Shown in pieces: positions 53,131-64,000 of a DNA stretch of 64,000 nucleotides (position 1 is its first letter; each line of letters begins with the position of its first letter). The DNA comes from Octopus vulgaris (taxonomy: Eukaryota): the NCBI GenBank assembly GCA_951406725.2, contig OX597822.1, positions 63,240,001 through 63,304,000 of the forward strand. Reading direction: 5' to 3'. The notes under the pieces were generated by a model. The model made no database searches and was not told where the DNA came from. It saw only the letters and a list, made by a program, of their open reading frames with translations. A program made the translations under genes and the position numbers.

Positions 53131-54154
53131 TTCACCTTCATTTAAAGGGAATGAACTCATACTTTAAACATGTAGAAGATTGATTATCTACCTTATTTTT
53201 AATATTAATTTTTAACATACAACATAGATAATAGGATCTCATAATTTTGAAGCAAGGATAAAGTCCTTTGGTTTTCAAACTAATAAGTACTAAGCTCCCT
53301 CCAAAAATATTAGTGAAATTTTTTGGCATCCACATCATCATCATTATCATCAGTTAGCGTCTGCTTTCCAAACTGGCATGGGTTAGACAGTTTGATTGAA
53401 ACAGGTTAGCTCGAGAGCAACACCAGGTTCCAATCTGGTTTGGCATGGTTTCTATGACTAGTTGCCCTTCCTAACGCCAGTTACTCTGAGAGTGTAATGG
53501 GTGCTTTTTATATGCGACCAGTGCTGGTGCCAGTTACGTAACACCGGCATCAGCCGCAACTACGAATTCACTTAGCTTAACGAGTCTTCTCGAGCACAGC
53601 ATATCGCCATGGTCTCAGTCACTTATCGTTGCCTCCATGAGGCCCAACGTTCGATGACCATGCATCACCATCTTGTCCCATGTCTTCCTGGGTCTAATTC
53701 TTCTACAGGTTCCTTCTACAGCTAGAGATCAGCATTTGTTTTTTTACACAGCTATCCTCATCCATATCCATCACATGCCCTTACCAGCACAGTCATCTCT
53801 CTTGCACACCACATCTCATGCCTCTTATGTCCAGCTTTTCTCTCATGGTGTTTATACTGTCATACATGCACACAAACATTACACCTCTTTATTAATAAGA
53901 TGACAAAATAGATTTTGCATCCATGTAATTATTTCTTCATCACAGAGCATGACAAGTTTAAATCTTCATAATGTTGTCAAACATAACAATTTGCACGCCT
54001 TTTTTTCAACATTCACAGCCTTTACCTTACGAAACATTAGTATAATAGCTGAAGAATGACCTAGTTTTATAATTTGCTTTATTCTATCAAACCCAGAAGT
54101 ATGAAAGGCAGAGTTGACCTCACTGAGATTTAAATTTAGAATGTAAAATGACCA

Positions 54155-55653
54155 TAGGCATAGGAGTGGCTGTGTGGTAAGTAGCTTGCTTACCAACCAC
54201 ATGGTTCCAGGTTCAGTCCCACTGCATGGCATCTTGGGCAAGTGTCTTCTACTATAGCCTTGCACTGACCAAAGCCTTGTGAGTGGATTTGGTAAACGGA
54301 AACTGTATGTATGTATGTGTATGTGTTTGTGTGTCTGTTTGTCCTCCCAACATCGCTTGACAATCAATGCTGGTGTGTTTACATCCCTGTAACATAGTAG
54401 TTTGGCAAAAGAGACCGATAGAATAAGTACTAGGCTTCCAAAGAATAAGTCCTGGGGTCGATTTGCTCGACTAAAGGTGATGCTCCAGCATGGCCACAGT
54501 CATATGACTGAAACAAGTAAAAAGATAAAAGAGAGTAAAGAGTATAACTAAATATCAAAGGGCATTTTGTCCAATGACCCTATCCATTCACCAGCCGTAC
54601 CTTAGTTTAAAACATTTAAAATATTTGACACCCTATGAGGAGAAAAGGCTTTGAGCACTTGGTGATAACCAGGAAACTGAACAAAAAGAAGCTAGGGAAG
54701 ACAAAGGGAGAAATTTCTCAATGGCCTTACCAGTTACTTTCAGAAAGACTGGCTCAGTAACATGCTAAGTTATGTAAGGACATGGAAGTTCGTGATATCC
54801 AACCTGTGTAGGTATATCACATGAAGAGAGAGAAACACCAAAAACTAGCTACATCTTTTGTCAAGACTTAATAACAAAATGGGTTTCAAGTTTTGGCACA
54901 AGGCCAGCAATTTCAGGAAAAGGGCTAAGTCGATTAGATCAACCCCAGTGCTCAACTGGTATTTATTGACCACCGAAAGAATGAAAGGTAAAGTCAACTC
55001 CAGTGGCATATAAACTCAACATAAAGATTCTGCCAGCTCACTGCCTTAACAAATAGCAAAATTAATATTTCTATAATACAATGTCAAATTACATAAATCT
55101 TGTGGTTTCAAGTTTGAAGAGACAAAGGACAGACACTTTTAAAAACACAGTAACTGTTCAAATAGTATGAAATAAAGATGTTTTCAAAAACATCATAATT
55201 TTAGACAATCCATCAGCAGTGGTAGCAGTGGCATCAACTTCGGTACCATACTATTTTACTTGTTCCAGTCATTTGACTGTGGCCATTCGGGAGCACCGCC
55301 TTTAGTCGAGCAAATCAATCCCAGGATTTATTCTTTGGAAGCCAAGTACTTATTCTATCGGTCTCTTTTGCCGAACCACTAAGTTACAGGGACGTATACA
55401 CACCAGCATTGGTTGTCAAGCGATGTTGGGGGGACAAACACAGACACGCAAACATATACACACACATACATATATATATACATATATACGATGGGCTTCT
55501 TTCAGTTTCTGTCTACCAAATCCACTCACAAGGCTTTGGTCAGCCCAAGGCTATTGTAGAAGACACTTGCCCAAGATGCCACGCAGTGGGACTGAACCTG
55601 GAACCATGTCGTTGGTAAGCAAGCTACTTACCACACAGCCACTCCTGTGCCTA
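54155..55653. mobile_element. Inverted pair of major SINEs (54155-54545 +; 55252-55653 -)
   Basis: Same consensus in opposite orientation, ~700 bp apart; further copies at 57522-57930 (-) and 63755-64000 (-). Confidence 0.85.
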
Positions 55654-56153
55654 TGTTACAATATTTTCAGACAACTTCATTTGATGTTAAACCAAATGCC
55701 AAAAATGGTGCTTTGAGTATGGTATAGGTCTGTAATGCAGGATTTGGTCATTATTCAAAAATGACCCAGCATCACTATCAAACAAGAAGCATCAACCATT
55801 TCCAATGTACTATTAAAACATGTCTGGCCTGGAGGAAATATTACCAGGCTTGGAAACAGGTGAGGTTTGCTAACAGAAAGGATAACCAGCACTAGAAAAT
55901 CTGTCTCAGCAAATTTCATCTCACCCATTACAAGCATGGTAAAGTGTATGTTAAATAATGACGTATATGGGATGGTAGTTCTGTTGCTGCTGCACACTCA
56001 CTTCCTAATCCACTTCTAAAAGAAGGTCATATCAACTAGTTTGCAATAATTCATTCACCAACAAGATTCAGCCATTATTTCACTGATAAATGGTTAGTTC
56101 ACTTCACTTCCTTCTTCACTACCCCAATAGCCCCTACTTTTCACAACAAGCAA

Positions 56154-56718
56154 TTGGGCTGTCCGGAAAGTTCGTGCCGATTTTTAAAGGAAAGAAAATG
56201 GTCAATAAATACTTGCCATTACATTTTAATCAACCAGATATGAACCATTTTGTTGCACAATGCCTCTCCATCTTTCCTTAAAACTTGAAAATACCCACTT
56301 TCCAGAATTCAGGTGGTTTCATGGCAAAGAATTCATCAAGGTATCTTTTTACATCATCCAAGGAATTGGAATTTTTACCATTAAGACTATTCTGCAGAGA
56401 CCTGAATAAGTGGAAATCCGAAGGAGCAATATCTGGTGAATATGGAGGGTGGGGTAACACATCCCAGCCAAGCTGCAGCAATTTTTGTCTGGTTCCCAAA
56501 GCATCAAGTGCCGAAAATGAATTTTCTTATCTTCCATTTTAAAGGGTTACAGAATTAACACAGGTTATAGGAACATAAACCTTCTTCCACGAAAGATAGC
56601 TTAAACTGTGCTCTAAATTGAGGTGTAGTCAAATCCTATTTTATGGACTCAACCATGTTCTAAAATAAGTCGAAAGGTAAGCTACTATAAATCGGCACAA
56701 ACTTTCCGGACAGCCCAA
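56154..56718 (-). mobile_element. Non-autonomous mariner, same deletion derivative as 40423-40988
   Basis: TIR TTGGGCTGTCCGGAAAGTT; YSPDIAPSDFHLF motif; identical deletion junction CTTTGGGA|ACCAGAC. Confidence 0.92.
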
Positions 56719-57943
56719 TAGTTATATATTAAGTTGTTCCATTCAGACTCATTTACTTCTCTTGGCTTAACTTCTTCTCACTATTTCTCAGTTTCCACTC
56801 ATGATTAGAATCCTACTGAAATTCTGTCTTAACATGCTTAAAATGTTACGGGTGAACTTTGCAACATTTATATAGGTTGGATGGGTATCAAATGTTTTGG
56901 CATCACCTTTTTGGTGTCGTTGATTTGATGCACGCTTATTTGACATCAGATATTCTCATCTCTGTCTCTCTCTATGTGTGTGAGTATATTTCTCTTTATG
57001 TGTAGTCAAGCCAAGTGAAATAGTAATCTTGCCTAGTGCTGGTGACATGTAAAAGGCACCGGCCACACTTTTGGAGTGGTTGGCAATAGGAAGGGCATCC
57101 AGCCATAGAACTTAAGCCAAACTACCAATCCCAGTCAAACCGTCTAACCCATACCAGCATGGAAAATGGATGCTAAATGATAATGATGATGATGATGATG
57201 ATGATGTGTAAGAGGAGAATATTTAGGTCCATTGTGTTCAATTAATAAATCATTATGTTTCTCTCTTTCCTTATCCATATGTATATATTTCTGCAAACAC
57301 ATGCATGTGTGTATGTGTACTTGAATGTGTTCATGCTCATACCAATTAAAACAAATGGTATTGTTATACTGTTGATGTACTATAACATAATAGTCCAACA
57401 AATACACATAGATATGTGTATTTGGGGTCAATATATTTGACTAAGCTTTTGAAGATATTGGATTACAGCCATGTTGTGGCACTAATTGGTAAAAGATGAA
57501 ATACATAATAAATTTTAAATGATCTTTTACTTGTTTCAGTCATTTGACTGTGGCCATGCTGGAGCACCACCTTTGGTTGGAGCAAATCGACCCCAGGACT
57601 TATTCTTTGGAAGCCTAGTACTTATTTTATCAGTCTCTTTTGCTGAACTGCTAAGTTACAGGGACGTAAGCACACCAGCATCAGTCGTCAAGCGATGTTG
57701 GGGGGACAAACACAGACACACAAACATATACACATATGTACATACATATATATATATACATATATACAACGGGCTTCTTTCAGTTTCCGTTTACCAAATC
57801 CACTCACAAGACTTTGGTCAGCCTGAGGCTATAGTAGAAGACCCTTGCCCAAGGTGCACGCAGTGGGACTGAACCTGGAACCATGTAGTTGGTAAGCAAG
57901 CTACTTACCACACAGCCACTCCTACACCTATAAAATCTTTTGA

Positions 57944-57975
<32 letters not shown>

Positions 57976-58052
57976 TATATGTATGTTAATTGGTTCTTTA
58001 CAAACATGCTTGACACAACTGCATTTGTTGTTACATTTAACCTTAGTATATG

Positions 58053-58090
<38 letters not shown>

Positions 58091-58588
58091 TATCCATAAA
58101 TATATATTTAAAAGATTTTAGTATTTTTTCTGCCCCTACATCAAAAAAATACTTTCAACTAAAGATGTCATTTTATATATTATATTATATTATATATACT
58201 AAGATATATTTCAAAATTACTTCATAGAAATGCGGAAAGAGAAAGAGAGAGACAGAATGAGATAACTAAAGATGTAGTAATACACAAACTTAACATCTAT
58301 CATTTTCACACTCTTTCTCTTGCATACTTTAACTCCCACTATTACGAATCCTCTCTCTCTCTCTATTTATCTAATGTTTTCTCTTTCTCTTTCACTGAAT
58401 CCTTTAATTCTACCACTCTCTTTTTTCTCTCCCTCTCTCTCTTTCTATCTTTCTCCATTCACCATTATGAATGCCAACATCACCACTGGTGTCTTGTTAC
58501 TACTATGACTGCCAATGGTTTATTTCTTATTTCATCTGAGTTATTACCCTTAGTATTGCACAAAAAGTAAATAGGAATATACTATTAA

Positions 58589-58794
58589 CCCATTAATGCA
58601 TTGTGTCCAGAAAAATAGATGCAGGAAGAATTACTGTTACTTGTTTCGTGCGTCTGTATAATTGGTTTGTTTGTATGAAGCGCCTGCTCACTCATAGAGC
58701 ACTAGTTTAGAGGCAGAGTATACCAAAGATAAATTCAATAGATAGTTATTTAACAAGCATTAGTAAATTTTTCTGGACGCTATGCATTAATGGG
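58589..58794. mobile_element. piggyBac-type MITE, 206 bp
   Basis: TTAA TSD on both sides; 28-bp TIR CCCATTAATGCAT(T/A)G(T/C)GTCCAGAAAAAT, 26/28 match. Confidence 0.85.
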
Positions 58795-59714
58795 TTAAAT
58801 CAATATCGACAGATAACACAAGCCTTACAATATCAATCATTCTAATAAGTTCTTAAAAGTAGCTACTGAAGCATGAAATAAAGTTACCACACACTTAGCA
58901 ACATTTAGGAAAAACAGTGATCGGAATTGTAGTATCTTAACAAAAGTGGCCATTAGACTTGCATTAAAAAACTGGAAATGTTTTAAACTTCTTATCCAGA
59001 ATAATTAAGTTTATAATATTTCTTCAGGATAACACAAGAATTAAAATTTTTTTTAACAATTTTGTAATAAAAAGACAAAGAATATTTATATGGAAATGTC
59101 AAACTTAATTAAAATTTATTAATCTTTTCTAAAGCAGGAGTTAACATCAATAAAAGATGGTGAAATACTGTTTTAAAATTACATTATCTGTGAGAAAGCC
59201 ACCATCAGATGAAAATCAAATAAAATATTTTTAAAAAACTTCAGATAAATTGTTTCATGAGCAAGTGAAATTTTCTTACATAAAACCTTTGGTAAGTAAA
59301 GTAAAATTTTATGTCCAAGGGTACTATATATGTATGGATACATAACCCTCAGACAGATATGAGCTTGCAACTTTGAAGTTGAGAATCAGATGTCTTACCT
59401 ACGATGCCATTACACCAAACAATTTTCAAAATAAAACAATCAACAGTACATAAATTTCCTGAGAAAATTTGGAATCTAGAATATATTTCTTTTAATAGTA
59501 GGGTGTTGTTAATATGATATCAGTGGTTTCATGCAGTTACGTTGATATATTCACAATTATTCTATTGTAGTTTGATAAGTTCTGACAGTTTGGCTATCTT
59601 GTTACATTGATATCATATTGGTAGCATATTCATACCATATTAATATCATATTAAAAGAAAATATTCATTCACCAATGCAGTGTTGTTCACTCATTTTATA
59701 CTATTTTACTAATG

Positions 59715-60040
59715 TGTATGCATGTATATAGATAGATAAATATAGATATATATAGACAGATACAGATAGATATATATAGACAGAACAGATAGAAGATATA
59801 GAAAAATGTAGATAGATGTGTGTGTATGTATATATATACATACATATATAGATGTGTGTGTGTCTATATATATATATACATATACACATATATATATATA
59901 GACACACACACACACACACATATACATACATATGAATATACATTAACATACATACAGCAGGTAGAAAGTCCTACCTTTGTTCAAAAGAGGAATTATTAAA
60001 ATTTTCTTTTGTTTTTCACATGCATACACAATTTAAAATA

Positions 60041-60084
<44 letters not shown>

Positions 60085-61015
60085 CAAAAACAGAATGCAT
60101 TTAAAATATACATATACATGTGTGTGTGTGTGTTTACATATACATATATGAATATATATATACATAAATACATTCATATATACACATATATATATATATC
60201 TATATATACATACATATACATATATACACATATATATCTATATATACATACATATATACACATATATATATATATATATATATCTATATATACACATATA
60301 TATATCTATATATACATATATATTTATATATACATACATATATATTTATATATACATACATATATACATATATATTTATATATACATACATATATACATA
60401 TATATTTATATATACATACATATATACATATATATTTATATATACATACATATATACATATATATTTATATATACATACATATATACATATATATTTATA
60501 TATACATACATATATATCTATATATACATACATATATACATATATACATATATATTTATATATACATACATATATATCTATATATACATACATATATACA
60601 TATATACATATATATTTATATATACATACATATATACATATATATTTATATATACATACATATATATCTATATATACATACATATATATCTATATATACA
60701 TACATATATATCTATATATACATACATATATATCTATATATACATACATATATATCTATATATACATACATATATATCTATATTTACATACACATATATA
60801 TATATCTATATATACATACATATATCTATATATACATACATATATCTATATATACATACATATACATATATATACATACATATACATACATATACATACA
60901 TATACATATATATACATACATATACATATATATACATACATATACATACATATACATATATATACATATATATACATACATATACATACATATATATACA
61001 TATATATACATATAT

Positions 61016-61046
<31 letters not shown>

Positions 61047-61352
61047 CATATATATATACATATATATACATATATATATATATACATATATATACATATA
61101 TATATATATACATATATATACATATATATATACATACATATATACACATATATATATATATACATACATACACATATATATATATATATAATACATACAC
61201 ATATATATATATATACATACATACACATATATATATACATACATATATATATAAATATATATACACATATATATATATATAAATATATATACACATATAT
61301 ATATATATAAATATATATACACATATATATATATATAAATATATATACACAT

Positions 61353-61391
<39 letters not shown>

Positions 61392-62155
61392 AATATATAT
61401 ACACATATATATATATATAAATATATATACACATATATATATATAAATATATATACACATATATATATATAAATATATATACACATATATATATATAAAT
61501 ATATATACACATATATATATATAAATATATATACACATATATATATATAAATATATATACACATATATATATATAAATATATATATACATATATATATAT
61601 AAATATATATACACATATATATATATAAATATATATACACATATATATATATAAATATATATACACATATATATATATAAATATATATACACATATATAT
61701 ATATTATATATATATATATACATATAAATATATATACATATATATATAATATATATATACATATATATAAATATATATATACATACATATATATACATCA
61801 TCATCATCATCATCGTCGTTTAGCGATGATGATGATGATGTATATATATGTATGTATATATATATATTATATATATATATAAATATACATACATATATAT
61901 TTATACATATATATACATATATATAAGTATATATACATATATATATACATAGGTATATACATATTTATACATATATATATATACATATGTATATACATAT
62001 GTATATACATACATATACATATATATTTATTCATATATATATACAAATGTATATACATACATATATATATATATACATACATATATATACATAAATATAT
62101 ATATATTCATATATATGTAGAGATACATACACATATATGTATGTATGTATATGTA

Positions 62156-62212
<57 letters not shown>
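59715..62212. repeat. ~2.5-kb TA-rich compound micro/minisatellite with 30-bp and ~24-bp higher-order units
   Basis: TATATACATATATATTTATATATACATACA repeated ~60340-60660; ATATATATATAAATATATATACAC-like units ~61240-61700. Confidence 0.95.
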
Positions 62213-62213
<1 letters not shown>

Positions 62214-63034
62214 CAAAATTTTCCTGAGTAAATAGGAAAATACTGATAAAAAAAATTATGTCATTAACTTTAGGACATTTCTAAACATTATAAACAAATA
62301 CTTCTCTCAAAAAGTTTCTTAAAATTTGGAAATGATCTCAGCTGCCTTTAAATAAATATAATAGTGGACCATATTAGATAACAATTATAGAGCAGTGCTT
62401 AGAAACTGGGTGTTGTTTTTTTGTTTTGTTTTGTGTTTTTTAGAAAAATATGTGAAAAACAACTTGTTGAATTTATAATCTTTTAAGTAAAAGTAACAAT
62501 GGTCACAAACAATATCATTTACATGCTTTTATAAATGAATTTAATAACAAATATGTGTGTATGTGCATGCATGTATGTATGTGTGTATATATGTATATAT
62601 ATATATATGTATCTGTATGTATGTGTATGTAAATGTGTGTGTGTATTAATGAAAGTATACAGTATCAGAGATCCTTTACAGCAATTTTTTTTCAAACAGT
62701 TTCATACTGGATATTAAAACCAGATGTTAGATGACTGCATGGATAAGTAATACTGTGTGCTTTTCAGAGATGGCAGGTATTGAAAAAACGAATATGGTGA
62801 CTGCTCTCTCTTTTTTTTTTTTCTTTTCTCTTACCTGCTATCTCTGATGAGCTTGTAATATTACTTAACTGTGCTGTTATCTAATATCCAGTTTTTATTC
62901 ACAGTGCAAAACCAAATGGTAAGATCAATTGTAATGAAGTTATAATACTGTATACTCTGATTAACACAACCACTCTACTGACAAATGTACAAGTGCATAT
63001 TTTTTCTAACTCGTGGATTCTCACACTCACACAC

Positions 63035-63081
<47 letters not shown>

Positions 63082-64000
63082 ATACATGAGTCAGAAATAA
63101 TATATATATATGCATTGTATATGTATGCATATATGTGAATTAGTGTATGTACATGAGCATGTGTGTGTATGCATGCATCATTCTTATGAAGTTACATTCA
63201 AAATAAGTCATATATTGTAGTAAATGTCAGTTATGTTAGTTAAGTAAGCCGTGATTTAAAAAAATTGAAGGGAGATAATTTGGCAATCTATCCAACAGGC
63301 CTTTTAATAAGATAAATAACAGCAACGTGGCTAAAAAGATATAAAAGCTTTGTAATGTTTTTACCGCTCGTGGTTAGGATCACAACTTGTAACATAGATA
63401 TATATAAAAAAGAACTATTTCATATAAAAATCACATTCTTTTTCAAATTTTATAAAATAGAAAACAGAATTACTACAGCAGTTATCGTAGTGGTCTCTGT
63501 TAGGTGATTATAAAAGTAGAAACGTATCTAACCCTTTAGAATTTAAGCTGGAAATATCTGGTCTAAATATTTTATCTGTTTAACGTTGAAACTGTCTGAT
63601 ACAGCCTCTCACACCTACCCTACAATGTCGTTTTAAAAATAAACAATTAAATCAAGAAATCGTAGTTAATTCAAAAATAATATGAATTGCTAAAGGCCTA
63701 AATAACATTATAATTTAGGGGACTATTAACTTCCTATTTGCATCCATTTATTCTTTGACTTGATTCAGTCAGAGTGTGGCCATGCTGGGGCAGCACCTTG
63801 AATTATTAGTGAAATGAATCAACCCCAGTACTTTTTTTTTAAGCCTGGTACTTATTCTATCGGTCTCTTTTGGTGAGCCGCTAAGTTACATGGGCATGAA
63901 CACACCATTACCAGTTGTCAAGCAGTGGGAGGGAGGGGGCAAAACACAGACACAAAGACACACTCACTCACACACATACTTATACAACGGGCTTCTTTCA

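Noticed and set aside
60118-61813. Longest ORFs in the track (282-357 aa, Y/I/H/T/M-rich)
   Set aside because: Translations of TA/CA microsatellite; stop-free because of repeat composition. The same applies to the many YIYI/THTH/CVCV/LSIY ORFs elsewhere.

Overview
AT-rich, repeat-dense eukaryotic genomic DNA. The tRNA-derived SINE families, RTE-LINE relics with (GAT)n tails and abundant (TA)n/(CA)n tracts point to an octopod cephalopod (inference; probably Octopus). One complete gene can be assembled by hand: PPTC7 (PP2C-family mitochondrial phosphatase PTC7 homolog), minus strand, six coding exons (52450-52675, 26031-26210, 19980-20178, 15997-16120, 13091-13220, 11206-11288). It totals 942 nt / 313 aa, with all introns GT-AG and phases consistent. 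The ORF track misses the terminal coding exon of a convergent RAD9 (9-1-1 clamp) gene at 1727-1813 (+), which reproduces the tail-to-tail RAD9B-PPTC7 arrangement of human 12q24. Other items worth checking: minimal hammerhead-ribozyme motifs in Penelope-like elements (one with an intact core, sense-oriented in PPTC7 intron 1); a CpG-rich 125-aa orphan ORF or poison exon in intron 1; several foldback hairpins, including a duplicated one next to the exon-3 acceptor; twin mariner deletion derivatives bracketing the promoter; a local duplication with reciprocal empty TE sites; and a possible divergent gene from a bidirectional promoter. I found no prokaryote-type system and cannot claim a new biological system from sequence alone. 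All calls were made by eye, without database searches.
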